Of a DNA stretch of 64,000 bases, positions 25,426 to 38,748 are shown in pieces. This DNA is from Camelus dromedarius. Its lineage: Eukaryota. Numbering within the stretch: the first letter of the stretch is position 1; each line of letters begins with the position of its first letter. Made by a program: the position numbers and the translations under genes. The stretch lies in contig NC_087436.1 of NCBI RefSeq assembly GCF_036321535.1, forward strand, positions 65,040,001 through 65,104,000, written 5' to 3'. The notes below the pieces were generated by a model that saw only the letters and a program-made list of their open reading frames with translations, made no database searches and was not told the origin of the DNA.

Positions 25426-26869
25426 GTAGAAAGAGACTGGGTACTTACTTGAATAATCCAGACTTATGATGACAAGAATCTTGACTAGTGGAGTAATAGA
25501 AAAAAATTCTAATTATATTATGGGAAGAATTGAAGAGACATTCCTAATGAAGAAGGGAATTTGCTGACTGATCTGATGTTGGGAATCCTGGGGAAAGAGT
25601 CAAGTCAATACAGAGCACTCGGTGGATGACACAGGATATGTAATTTTTTCTTAAAGATGTGAAATTTTAAAGTTGTGATGACCTTGAAAACCAAGTAGGT
25701 GCCACTCAAGAATTCATAATCACAGCTACCAGGCTGTATTGCTGTCAATCATATTATTTCCAGAAATAAAGCGCAGTATGGGTTGAATGTGTGGGGAATT
25801 GGTCACCGTTGCTCTTAACTGGATCCATTGCTTCAGCTCCTCCCTCTTCACATTGGGCTCTGAACACGTAAATCTAAATTTTTAAGAACAAATTCACACA
25901 TTCAGATCAGAGATAGTGCCAAATAGCTGGCAGTTATGAGAGCTTCTCCCAAGAAAATTTAGGCTTGATCTCTTATGGTCCAATTTTATGGGATTCATTT
26001 AGAATTAGACAATTGACTCGTTTGTTGGCTGTGTGGGTTATTCTTTACTTAGAGCTTCCTTATACTGTGGCTTTTGGGTGTATCAGTTTTTTCATGATTC
26101 TAAGCTAATTTCTTCATGTTTATAAATAAGAAAAAAAAATAAGGGAAGTGAAAATATGTGGTAAAAAACTTATTGAAGGGATGAATGCAAACATGAAGTT
26201 TTTTATTCAAATGGATCTTAGAATATGACCATGATGAGTATTTAAAATAGACTGTGTAAGTTTTTTAAATATTAAATAGATCTTTAGACTTTATAATAAT
26301 GTTTGATAAAATTTTAAAAATAAGATTGATTTGACTGAGTAAAATTTAGTTGTATTTAGGTATAATTATTAGTTAAGTAAATTTATACCAGGTCATTATA
26401 AATAGAGGTCTAGTATGCCTATGAACCAGAAAACAGATAATTTAGCAAAAAAAATTTATCAATATTATCATTTGACATCATGTGGAGATTTTGATAGATT
26501 TCTCACATGTGGTTGTCCATACTTATTTTGGTGTTATATTGCAAGCAGTGTAGCAAAAACTCTTCTGTGTATTTTTCTCCTCTCTTTCAAGCTATCAAGC
26601 ACCTATTGCTCTGTTTTCAAATTATAAAATGTAATAAAAGAAAAGGGGGGAAATCATTACATTTTCCCACAATATCACATCTATAACCTTTTTAAATTTA
26701 CCTTTTTCTATCTCACATTAGGGAAGACTGCATATGTGATAAGCATATATAAACCATCAGAAATTTTAAATATACATTGGAATAAAACTGCTTAAATGCG
26801 AACATACAAAAACTTATAAGAAAAGATCAGCATAATTTAGCAGTAGTCACACAGAATTAAGCAAAATTA

Positions 26870-27075
26870 AGGTCTTGCCAGTCACTGCTTACATGACTAT
26901 GGGTTGGTTACCATCCTCCCGAAGCTTAATTTTCATATTCCTTAAATGAAGGAAATTAAAAAACAACTTCATGGATTTAATCTGCATTTGAAATAGATCA
27001 TATGTACAGATAGCTTAACTTTAGAGCAAAATGCTTGGCATGTAGTAACTAAATAAATGATCTTATTGTTATCGT
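26870..27075 (+). mobile_element. MIR SINE fragment
   Basis: 'gcttaattttcatattccttaaatg...atgcttggcatgtagtaactaaataaatg'. Confidence 0.6.
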
Positions 27076-27461
27076 TGCTATGTTATTCTCATTGAAGAAA
27101 TATACTGAGTGTCAATACCTAACACCTGAGGCCTAGTAATTTGCAGACCATAGCATTAATTTTGATGATTTAGTGCTATTATTCTATGTAACTTTTCTTA
27201 GCTACTTAAAAAAATTAACTTAATTACACTGCATGTCTGGATGATTTTATTTATAATCTGTGCTAATGCTTTTGTATTTTTATCTCTGGGCTAGTTTTCC
27301 TTGAATTCCAAACTCACATCCAACTGCATATTTGACATATCAACTTGCATATCTTTTCGGTACATGTTCAAAATTGAGCTCTTAATTGGGTGCATAAACT
27401 GCCTCCCCTCCAAAAGCACATGGATGCACACATGAACACACACACAAGCAACAAAAACCAA

Positions 27462-27868
27462 GTAACCGTTCCAGTTTTTGTGGCTGCAAAACAATAACTG
27501 CAAAACTGGTGGGTTAAAGCACAATGACATTTATTTTGCTCACAAGTTTGCCTTTTGGGCAGGGCTTGGTGGTGATAGCTTGTCACTGTCACACTTGGTG
27601 TCAGCTGGGATGTGGAATTACCTGAAGGCCCCTTCACTCTCATGTCAAGTGATTAATGCTGGCTTTCAGCTAAAACCTGGGGCTGTGGGTTTGAGCAGCT
27701 TCCTTTGCGTGTAGCCTTGGCTTCCGAGGACAAGCCTCCCGAGAGTGAGATTGCCTTTTATGAGGTAGCCTCAGAAGTCATGCAGCATCCTTTACCTTGT
27801 GTTCTACTTGTTAATGCAGCCAAAATGATCTAACTGGGTTCAAAGGAGGGGAAATAGTCTCTCCACAT
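27462..27868 (-). mobile_element. Old MLT1 LTR
   Basis: 'gggttaaagcacaatgacatttattttgctcacaag...gtagcctcagaagtcatgcagcatc...caaaggaggggaaatag'. Confidence 0.75.
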
Positions 27869-28130
27869 ATATGTGTTACCTTTAATAACAAATTAGCTAA
27901 TGTCATTTCCTTGCTTAAAAAAGTCCCGGGTATGCATGGAATATTTTTCATAATTTTCTTACATGGAAATATGATACGGATATTTAATCATTCTGATCAT
28001 GAGAGTTGTGTATGATGGAAAAGAGTAGCAAAAACATCTCAAGCACCTTTGATTGCTTAAAGATTAGCAGAGTTTATATTCAGTTGCTTTCTGCCTTGGA
28101 ATGATGTAAAGGAAGATTAGCTGTGTTTTT

Positions 28131-29715
28131 TTTTTTTAACATTTTTTATTGATTTATAATCATTTTACAATGTTGTGTCAAATTCCAGTGTTCAGCACAA
28201 TTTTTCAGTTATTCATGGACATATACACACTCATTGTCACATTTTTTTCTCTGTGAGTTATCATAACATTTTGTGTATATTTCCCTATGCTATACAGTGT
28301 AATCTATTCTACAATTTTGAAATCCCAGTCTATCCCTTCCCACCCTCCAACCCCCTGGTAACCACAAGTCTGTATTCTCTGTCTGTGAGTCTATTTCTGT
28401 CCTTTATTTACGCTTTGTTTTTGTTTGTTTGTTTGTTTTTGTTTTTGTTTTTTAGATTCCACATATGAGCGATCTCATATGGTATTTTTCTTTCTCTTTC
28501 TGGCTTACTTCACTTAGAATGACATTCTCCAGGAGCATCCATGTTGCTGCAAATGGCATTATGTTGTCAGTTTTTATGGCTGAGTAGTATTCCATTGTAT
28601 AAATATACCACATCTTCTTTATCCAGTCACCTGTTGATGGACATTTAGGCTGTTTCCATGTTTTGGCTATTGTAAATAGTGCTGCTATGAACATTGGGGT
28701 GCAGGTGTCATCCTGAAGTAGATTTCCTTCTGGATACAAGCCCAGGAGTGGGATTCCTGGGTCATACGGTAAGTCTATTCCTAGTCTTTTGAGGAATCTC
28801 CACACTGTTTTCCATAGTGGCTGCACCAAACTGCATTCCCACCAGCAGTGTAGGAGGGTTCCCCTTTCTCCACAGCCTCTCCAGCATTTGTCATTTGTGG
28901 ATTTTTGAATGACGGCCATTCTGACTGGTGTGAGGTGATACCTCATTGTAGTTTTGATTTGCATTTCTCTGATAATTAGTGATATTGAGCATTTTTTCAT
29001 GTGCTTTTTGATCATTTGTATGTCTTCCTTGGAGAATTGCTTGTTTAGGTCTTCTGCCCATTTTTGGATTGGGTTGTTTATTTTTTTCTTATTGAGTCGT
29101 ATGAGCTGCTTATATATTCTGGAGATCAAGCCTTTGTCGGTTTCACTTGCAAAAATTTTCTCCCATTCCGTAGGTTGTCTTCTTGTTTTACTTCTGGTTT
29201 CCTTTGCTGTGCAGAAGCTTGTAAGTTTCATTAGGTCCCATTTGTTTATTCTTGCTTTTATTTCTTCTAGGAGAAAAATTTTTAAATGTATGTCAGATAA
29301 TGTTTTGCCTATGTTTTCCTCTAGGAGGTTTATTGTATCTTGTCTTATGTTTAAGTCTTTAATCCATTTTGAGTTGATTTTTGTATATGGTGTAAGGGAG
29401 TGTTCTAGCTTCATTGTTTTACATGCTGCTGTCCAGTTTTCCCAACACCATTTGCTGAAGAGACTGTCTTTATTCCAATGTATATTCTTGCTTCCTTTGT
29501 CAAAGATGAGTTGACCAAAAGTTTGTGGGTTCATTTCTGGGCTCTCTATTCTGTTCCATTGGTCTATATGTCTGTTTTGGTACCAATACCATGCTGTCCT
29601 GATGACTGTAGCTCTATAGTATTGTCTGAAGTCTGGGAGAGTTATTCCTCCAGCCTCTTTCTTTCTCTTCAGTAATGCTTTGGCAATTCTAGGTCTTTGA
29701 TGGTTCCATATGAAT
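28131..29715 (-). mobile_element. Young 5'-truncated LINE-1 with perfect 17-bp TSD
   Basis: TSD agattagctgtgttttt at 28114-28130 and 29716-29732; TTTT/AA endonuclease site; poly-A and 3'UTR at 28131-28451. Confidence 0.97.
28452..29714 (-). pseudogene. L1 ORF2p C-terminal fragment (~420 codons, uninterrupted; lacks EN and RT core)
   Basis: FIWN...[23 protein letters not shown]...FSKWCWENW...CCHC knuckle [18 protein letters not shown]...[13 protein letters not shown]; the frame is open upstream of the 29534 ATG to the truncation point. Confidence 0.95.
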
Positions 29716-30964
29716 AGATTAGCTGTGTTTTTAAAACCCCCAGTGCATCATGTTTTATTATTATTTCTCAGAAAGTATCTTATTGTTTTCTCCTAGAAAT
29801 AAATACACAGGCCATAATCTTTTTCCTTTCTTTCTCTAACCATCATTTTGGATTAGGTCCTAGAGCTCTAGTTTTCTGTAGTTTCCTGTGTGTAACTTCA
29901 CAAGGCAAATAGCCGTCTTGAAAAGACAGACAGTTTATACGTTAGTTACTGTTTCTGTTGTGCTGCTTCATGTTCATGTAAAAATACATTCATTTTTATA
30001 TCAACTGAGGATAAAAAGTAATAAGATTTTAGATCAGTTAAAAGCATATTTCTCAACATCCTTTGTATTTTATCTGCTTTTCATGCTTGATTTTCCTTGT
30101 GCTCAATCGTGCATTTACACAGTGAAAATGATCTCTTCAAATATAGTCAATAATCTGTAATCTATAATACAAAATATGTGACATTCACATATATATTTAT
30201 CCATATGCTTCTTTGGCAAAAGTTTTAAATTGTTACTTTTTTTCTTTGGCCATTGCATATTTTATGTAATAATATTCATACAAGGAGCTTGAAAACAGTG
30301 TAATTTATATTTTATAAAGGCTATTTTTCTTTTATTTTTCCTTTGCTAGTGGCGATCTTCACAGTGACAGTTTTTATTTTTCTTCCAAACTTTGAAATAG
30401 TATGGTTTGTGTATGCCTCAGGCATACGTGTATGCCTTTAAGCCATATGTGGATAGTTTTGCTTGATCAAAAACTGGACAGATATGTTAAATTTACTGGT
30501 AGGATTTTTACCTCTTTTCAATTCACAATCTTCTAATAATTCTTTAGCAACTTCATGAGTTTGTGTATTATTGTAGCTTAATAGGAGGCATTTTACATTT
30601 AAGTGATCAATATACTAAACAAGCTCTAGGGAAAAGTTCTTACCTCAGTAAAAGTTGAGACTGTGTTAAAAAAAGTAGTTATTTAAAAAAAAATCAGATG
30701 TGTCTCACCCAGTGTTTTTACAGATTTTTTTCTTATTATCTCAATTCTGAAACATTATTTTTAAAATTAGTTTGCATTTACAAATGATCTTAGCAAAACC
30801 TTACATTTTATAGAAACTTTATTAAAAGTGAGAAATATTCTCCCAAGAGATAACATCCCTAATTTATTAGCAAAAATGCTCATCTACAGGACAGAGTTCA
30901 CACTGTGTAGTAATGTATGTGACAAAACTTTCACTAATTAAATTATCCAGTATCTGTACTTCAG

Positions 30965-31150
30965 ATTTTTCTTGTAATTGATATAACTGACATATAACAT
31001 TATATAAGTTTCAGCTGTACATCATGATTCAGTATTTGTGTATACTGCAAAATAAGTCATCCATCACCACACACAATGTTTTTTCCTTGTAATGAGAATT
31101 TTTAAGATCTACTCTCTTAGCAATTTGCAAATATACAATGCAGTACCATG
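30965..31150 (-). mobile_element. Older L1 (L1MA/MB-like) 3'-end stub
   Basis: 'ataactgacatataacattatataagtttcag...tttaagatctactctcttagcaattt'. Confidence 0.75.
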
Positions 31151-31171
31151 TACTCTGGATTTTGGGGTCAT

Positions 31172-31540
31172 GGTGTTATCTATTGCTTAGTAACAAATTA
31201 CCACAGACTTAATTGCTTAAAATAACACATAGTAATCAATATAATAATCATCTCACTGTTTCTAGGTGTTGGAAATGAATCATAGCTTACCTGGGTCCTC
31301 TCTTTCAGAATATCTCACAAGGCTACATCGAGGTTTTGGCCAGGGCTAGAGAAGGTTTGAAGGTTTGTTTCTAAGCTCATGTAGTTTTGATAAAATTCAA
31401 TTTTTTACAGCCTGTTGGACCTCAGTTCCAAGCTGACTGTTGCCTGGAGAGTTTCCTCTGTTGCTTGCTTCATCAAAACATGCAAGCTGAGAAAGCGACA
31501 GAGAATATCAGCAAGATGGAAGTTACAATCTTATATAAGT
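31172..31540 (-). mobile_element. MLT1 LTR fragment
   Basis: 'ctattgcttagtaacaaattaccac...gcttaaaataacac...tctcactgtttctagg'. Confidence 0.7.
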
Positions 31541-32974
31541 GTTGGATTATTCATCTTTACTGATTTCATCTTAAATGCCCACTTAAGGTGTTCTGAATTA
31601 GGGACAGATTTGTTTATTGTAAAAAGATCAAGGAAGGGGCACTGAAAACAATTTTTTTCAGAAATATATATTTTTCACATTAATATTTTTTCCCCTTCCT
31701 TTCATCCTTCCTCCTTCGCGCCCCTCCTCCCTCCTCCTCTCCCTCATTTTTCTTCCTTATTTCAATAAAGTAATCTTCCTAAATCTATGAAAAATTAACT
31801 TCTTGTGAAAACCATGTTACTTTATTCTTAATATTGATAGTTTTATTTATTAGCCTCTTTTCTTAAAACTACCAAGTATGTGCTCGAAAATGAAAATTTT
31901 ATTGAGGACTGTCTTTAAATTATTAAGGTGAAAAGTAGTGCACAGAGATGATCACATGTTTAATCAGGCCAGGCATGTACTTCTGTATAAGTTGTCTCGT
32001 TTGGTTATTGAGAGTCCACTTGGGAACTCTTCCAAATGTAGAAGTGAGTCTGGTTGACCACAGTGTAAACAGACAAGTAAAGCAAGAACCCGATATTTAA
32101 AACTGAAGCACAGTTTATTGAAAAGCTGCAGTCCATAGAATGACATCAGATTTTGCCACCAGCATTCCTGTGGTCAAAGAATGAAAATCAGAAAAGAGCA
32201 GCCCTGCTTAGTAAACTAGTAAATTCCAGTCACCTGAGCTGGCTGTAAAATTTCTCTGAAATGTGAAAAAGTATGTATTTTTTACTTTGTAGTCTAATAG
32301 GTAATTAGGTAACTGTTCCCTGTGCTAGACCAATTTTGAAATCAGCATTCTAGGAATTGTTTCAGATAGCAGTTACTTTTCATGTTTATTTTTAGAAAAG
32401 TCTAATTTCTGAGTAATGTTATTATTAATATTTACTGAATTCAGGGGACTTTTTTTTTTTACTAGAATAGCACAGATAATTTTATATTTGCAATATTCTG
32501 GACTAAGAAGCTGTTCTTTATGGTGGTTTAATTTCCTTATCTGTTAAGTTTGGGGTAAACTTCAAAATGTCTGAAGTCCCTTTAGTTCAAATATTTATTG
32601 GCTTTCATTTTGCTGACCTTTTGAAATGAGTATTTGTCAGATTCATGTTATCCTTTTTTCTTCTCCTCTAAGATTACTGGAATACTGATAATCGTGTTTT
32701 CCAGGAGTAATTAAATGGCAATGCAAAACGAAAAAGTAGATTGTATTTTAAAATACGATATTACGCATACATTTTAGGAAAAGTAAACCAACTGGATTCT
32801 AATTTTAATTGATTTGTTAAGTAAGAAATTACTTTGAACTTCTTTATATACATAAAAATACATTATTCATTTGTTTCCATTTGTTCCTGTAAGGTAACTC
32901 TGGGATAGTAGGTTGATTTATCCAGACAGCTCCTTCTCTTCATCGGAAAATATCACAAGTTTTATTGGCTCCAG

Positions 32975-34290
32975 TTCCATCTTGTCCTCTGCTCATGTGA
33001 CAGTCACCAGTGACCTCTATGTTGTCAAACCCATGGGCATTTCTCATTGTTTGTCTTACTTGACTTCTCCGCATTATTTGATTTATTTTGGATTTGGTTA
33101 AAAATAGTCTTGAATTCAATTTCATGATACTGTGTTCTTTCGGCTGTGTGTTTCCTTTCCTCATTATGTTTTCTTCTATGTCTCCTTTGTTGGCTATTTC
33201 TCTTTTTCATACAACCTCAGGTCTTTGCATTGTGCCTTTTCTCTCTCTCTCTCTCATGCTAAATACACTTACTTTGGCTAACTCATATCATTTCCATACC
33301 TTTGAAAACCATTTGTATGCTTACCTCTCCCAAAAATATATCACCAGTCTTGGGTTCCCTTTTGAGTTTCAGGACCCATCAGTAATAATCGACTGTACCT
33401 GTACATCTACATTTGGAGATCTTGCAATCATCACAGTCCTAACAGGTCCAAAATTAATTCTGTCTTAACTCTTCAAATAAGCTAGCTCCTCCTGTAGTCT
33501 TCATTATTTCAGTAAATGACACCACCATCCACTAGTTGCTCAAGGAAGAAAGCAGAGCAACCTTCGTATATAATTGAACACCACATCCTGCAATTTTGCC
33601 TCAAAAACGACAATTATCTCCATCTCTACCCCCGACACTTTCTTAGTCATCTTGCTTTATCTTCTATAACAAATGCTCTTCCACTGTTGGTCCCAACCGA
33701 TCCAATCTGCTAATAGCAGCCAAAATTATCATAAACTATAGATCGGATGGTGTCATATGTATCTGACTAAATTTTTCAATAGCTTTGCATTGCATTCAAG
33801 ATAAAATTAAAAAATTATGACCTTGCTCTCCTGATGCCTATCCCACTTTATCTTCCACCACTCCTGTTATCACTTACTCTTAACACCCTGGCTTTCAGTC
33901 AGGGTCTGGAAAATTCTTTTAGGCCTTTAAAATTTCATCTCTCTTTGTTTGAAGCACACCTCTGTTTAGTTGACTCCCTCCACTCTGTGCTCCAAATACT
34001 TTTGCCAAGCTATTCATAGTCATTAATGAGGTTTTGGCTTGAAAGTCAATTTCTCAAAAAAACCCTTCCATGAATCTTTAAAATAAATAATTTCCTTCTT
34101 TAATAATCTCAGAGCATCAGTTTCCTTTACTTCATAGACAGTATCACTTTGTAAGCATGACTGTTTATTTTTGTGGTTATCTATTTGCTTTCTTTTTTTA
34201 CTGGACAACAAATAGTAAACTTTGTTTCTCTTTTGCTTACATTTTATTGCTGAAGTTTACTACAGTAAATAGTACATAATGATCATTTTG
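32975..34290 (+). mobile_element. L2 LINE fragment (degraded)
   Basis: 'gtcaccagtgacctctatgttgtcaaac', 'atttcagtaaatgacaccaccatccactagttgctcaag'. Confidence 0.7.
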
Positions 34291-35449
34291 ATGTAATAGC
34301 TCTCAAAATTTCATTTTTTTTAAACTCCAAATAATAGTGTATGTTTATTTGCCTTATTCTTGATAACTTTTGGATTGTCTCTTTTACCTCCTATTGTTCT
34401 GAAGCCCATCTTACCTCACCAGAATGTGCTTATCAGTTCTTCTTCTAAGTACTTCAAATCAGTTTGGTGACCATTTGTTGTGGAGACATGCAATGCCTTT
34501 GAAATATCATTGTCAAGCTTTATTACTTTATAGTGTATTTTTCCACCTTAATTTTCCTTACCTTACCTACCTACAATAAATTTTTCTAAATAAATTCAAA
34601 TATGTATACTCAACTCTTCCATAATTTCTTCCTAGACTTTTTTTTATAAACTTACATTCCCATGGTTTTCTAATTTATCTAGTAATTATTCTTTACTTTT
34701 GAGTAATTTCAATTTAATAACAGCTATAATAGCACAATAGTACTATAAAATTTCTATGATAGCTTTCTATTGCAATAACTCCTTTAATCATACATAAAGA
34801 GAATGCTTCTCTTTTCTAAAACTGCAGGAGATCCTCACTCAGTTGGTATGTATCATTTTGTTAGGAAAGGAGAGCAAAAGTGGTTAGAGGATCACAACCT
34901 CACTTTGCCTGAGTGGGAACTTACTGCAGTAAGAGTTTCTATAGAAAGTTGACTACCAGAGCTGAACACTAAGCTTGATTTTCTTCCCTACAACAAGAAA
35001 AAATGTATTTTGGGGGTAGAGGGTGGGACAGAGCATTTAATTGAACCCATTAAATGCTAGATGTGCATCAGATTTTTTTTATTGATACAACATTATTTCC
35101 TCCCAGGAAGGTATCAGAAATGCTAGTTATCAAAACATTACTTTTTATGGGCAAGAATGAAAAGATAGTCAAGTACGATGGAAAGTGAATTATTTGCTTC
35201 ATATCACATAACAATTCATTTGGCCAGTTTGTATTTGATGGCTTTGTCAATAGTTATTCGAAAAGAGCTAATTCACAACCTTAGAAGGCAGATTTCTTAA
35301 ATTTTTTTTTCTTTTCACAGTTTTTTAATAATGTGGTATTACTTGAAAAATCAATTTGGAGAGACTCCATAGGAAGAAGGAGAAAAATACAATTACTTTG
35401 GTGAGGGGCAGATAAAAAATAATTATATTTGAGTATAACTATACTTTTT

Positions 35450-35744
35450 TATTTTTATATATATTTTTTATTGAAGTGTAACCAGTTACAATGTGTCAAT
35501 TTCTGGTGTACAGCATAATGCTTCAGTCATACATATACATACATATATTCATTTTCATATTCATTTTTATTATAGGTTACCACAGGATACTGAGTATAGT
35601 TCCTTGTGCTATACAGAAGAAATATTTTTATCTGTTTTTATATATAGTAGTTAATATTTGCAAGTCTTGGACTTCCAATTTATCTCTTCCCACTCCCTTT
35701 CCTTCTGGTAACCAGAAGATTATCCACTATGTCTATGAGTCTGA
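35450..35744 (-). mobile_element. L1 3'-UTR stub with 18-bp TSD (3 transitions)
   Basis: TSD agtataactatacttttt (35432-35449) / agtgtaaccatgcttttt (35745-35762); same 3'UTR type as 7514-7750. Confidence 0.85.
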
Positions 35745-37489
35745 AGTGTAACCATGCTTTTTATTGTCAATGTCTATATACATTTCCCCTTCCATTTATT
35801 TACACAGTATTTCTTTCACCAAAATTAATCACACTTTTTAAAATAGAAGCTCTAAGGGACCCAAACAGAAGTTGGTCTTACAGTGACAGGATTTTAAAAG
35901 TCATACCACATTTCTTTCTGCTCACTTGACTAAAGCTCATGATAAATTTAATCCAAGTACCTGTATATTAAATACTTGTAAGAAAAAAAATCATTTGTCT
36001 TGTTTCTAACAGATTTATAGAGAATAACGAATCATACTCTATGATGGGAAATACACTTATTTAATGTACATTATACAAGAATAAATATGCAAAATAAATA
36101 AAATCATTGTTCACTATATTCTGATAGTAGACTTATAATTGTTAGTAAAGGTAGGAAAACAGTCTTTATTCTGTTTTAGTCAAGATTTTCAATGTTTTTC
36201 CCAGATATCTTTCAATCATGACCAGTTGTGCTGCACTGATACAATCAATTGCTTGCTATTATCTCAGTCTTGATGCACTTCTGCATAATTTAGTCTAGTG
36301 GGGCCTCTCGAGCCTACTCTGTCCACTATGCTCTGCACAGCTCTGTGCTTGATGCATCCTTGGGAGTATCACTATTGTCAAATACATTAATCCTTGGGAG
36401 TGTCAATACGATAAAATATCTTATCATTTTGTTTCCATACCGTGAATTCTCTTTGTTTTTCTATGCTGGGCTCTTCTTTCTGGCCATAGTAACAGTCTTC
36501 TTTTTGCCACCAAGGGCAGAACACCTAAAATCTCCCTGAATATAAGCATTAACATCTTACTTGGATTTTAGGCTGAAAAAGAATCACATATACTGCTGAC
36601 GTTATCACTCTGTTTATATCTTCCTACTGGAAGCAATGCCCCGGTGTTAACTGTTGAGTCATTTCTTACCCATTATAATGAAGGCAACAGATACATGCCT
36701 TGTCTGTTTTCTTTAAATTTATGAAAATCTGTGCTTTTATGATTGAGATGATATGACAAAACCTTTGACAATTCCCAATTGGTAGCAGACAAATAAAATT
36801 TTAGTTCTGGTTTAACTTTTTAATTTGCTTATATATTCTATAAAAATGACAGTTACTTATAAAATACATATGTATGTGTTTATATATGATATATAGTTGA
36901 TTAAACTTCATAGAAAATTGAACAATTTAATACCATAGAACAATCAAATAATAAAACTTTCTTAAAAATAAGGTCATGATGATTTCAAATGTTATTTAAA
37001 TTAAATATTTCTAAATAAATACCAAATATTAGGAATTAATTTCAATAGATAACAGTAGTCTTAACCAGAGTAATGTTTTAATACCTCATGCCCCAAAATG
37101 CGCAGTACGGTAGTTTACACACTTATGCAACAAAAAAATCTTAAACTAGAAAAATAGATCAATGTCCATTTTTATTTAATTATATTTTTCCTTAATAAAT
37201 TAAGAAGAATGTGAATTGTAGTGAAAATTCACCAAATATTTGATATTTACATACCTTATTTTGAAGAAGAAAATTACCCTAAGAGAAGATGGAAATATAA
37301 TATTAACTGATGTTAGAACAGTTCATATTTTTAATGTTTAGTTCTTTGTAATCTCAATTTTATTAGCAAATACATGTTCAGTATTGACATTACAGATATC
37401 GTCAGGTGGAACTCAGAATACCTGGAAACATATGTAACTGAAATAATAAATAAAATAATTCATCTATTTAAGAAGATTATAGTTAACAG

Positions 37490-37825
37490 CTAAGGGAACT
37501 CATTTTCCTGGTCTTGAACCCCAGGGCTGTGGTGCCCAAAATGTGGTTCAAATGGCTCACTCACCAGGGAGGATGTCCATGCCTATGTAATCCTCCTCCT
37601 CTTCTGTATCCCCTCCTAAAGAGTCCAAGTCCTGACCTGATTACTTCTTCCCTTCCTGCCTGACTCCGTGTGGTTCTTTCTTTACAGCCTTGGTTGTATA
37701 ACAGTTTTTCTGGCACCTCCAGTTTGTTTTTAGTGAGATTTGCTCCACGTGTAGATATTTTTCTGATGTGTTCGTGGGGGGAGGTGAGCTCAGTATCCTC
37801 CTTCTCCGTATCCTGATCTCCTCTT
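37490..37825 (-). mobile_element. Isolated L1 5'-UTR fragment
   Basis: Its end resembles 48945-49015 ('gtagat...gtggggggaggtgagct...ccttctcc'). Confidence 0.7.
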
Positions 37826-37909
37826 CTCACCTCCTTCTGCTTTGTCAAGGCCTGTTTTGTGTTACTTTTTGAATTCCTGTAATATACCTGATTATTGGAT
37901 TCCCATACC

Positions 37910-37977
37910 AAAAAAGAAAGAAAGAAAGAAAAAGAAAAAGAAAAAGAAAAAGAAAAAGAAAAAGAAAAAGAAAAAAG
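37910..37977. repeat. (GAAA)/(GAAAAA)n microsatellite
   Basis: Direct reading. Confidence 0.95.
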
Positions 37978-38120
37978 AGTGTACAGAAAGCAAATGAAAC
38001 ACATGTCCTAGTTTTGGAGAGAAAGTAATTATGAATGATATATCAACATAATTTTATAAAGTAATGTATTTTATCAGCACTAACAGGGAAAAATAGTCAA
38101 ATGGAACAATAATATGTGAA

Positions 38121-38673
38121 TGTGATAGTTAATTTTATGTATCAACTTGACTGGGTCATGAGGTGTCCAGATATTTGGTTAACCATCATTTCTGAGTGTG
38201 TCTGAGGTTGTTTGTGGATGAGATTAACATTTGAATTGGTAGACTGAATAAAATAGATTGCCCTCCCCAATGTGAGTGGGTATCCTCTAATTCACTGAGG
38301 GCCTGAATTGAACACAATGTGGAAAAAGAGAGAATTTGCTCTCTTTTCCTGAGAGGTCAGCTGAGACATCAGTGTTTTCCTGCCCTTGGACTGAGTTTTG
38401 TACCATCAGCTCTCTTGCTTCTGAGGTCTTTGGACTTGAATTGGAACTACACCACCAAATTTCTTGAGTCTCCAGCTTGCAGACAACAGATTGAGGGCTT
38501 AGCCTCTATAATTGTGTGAGCCAATCCTTATAATAAATTTCTTTAGATAGGTAGATATATAGAGAGAGATAGATGTAAAGATATATATGTATATATATAT
38601 ATATGTATACACATATGTGTGTAAATGTGTATATGTGTGTGTGTGAATATATATGTATGTGTGTGTATATATA

Positions 38674-38706
<33 letters not shown>

Positions 38707-38748
38707 CTCTTATTGGTTTTATTTCTCTGGTGACCCCTGACTAATACA
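38121..38748 (+). mobile_element. MLT2-type (ERVL) solo LTR containing a TA/TG microsatellite (~38550-38706)
   Basis: 'tgtgatagttaattttatgtatcaacttgactggg...ccagcttgcagac...ccctgactaataca'. Confidence 0.9.

Noticed and set aside
28954..29514. 186-aa hydrophobic + strand ORF
   Set aside because: Antisense shadow of L1 ORF2
31968..32043. 76-nt + strand segment ending in a gtgagt donor
   Set aside because: Weak acceptor and unrecognised peptide
33088..33468. 126-aa ORF
   Set aside because: Within a degraded L2, non-ATG start, low-complexity composition
37561..38004. 147-aa minus ORF
   Set aside because: Built from the (GAAAAA)n repeat and an L1 5'UTR fragment
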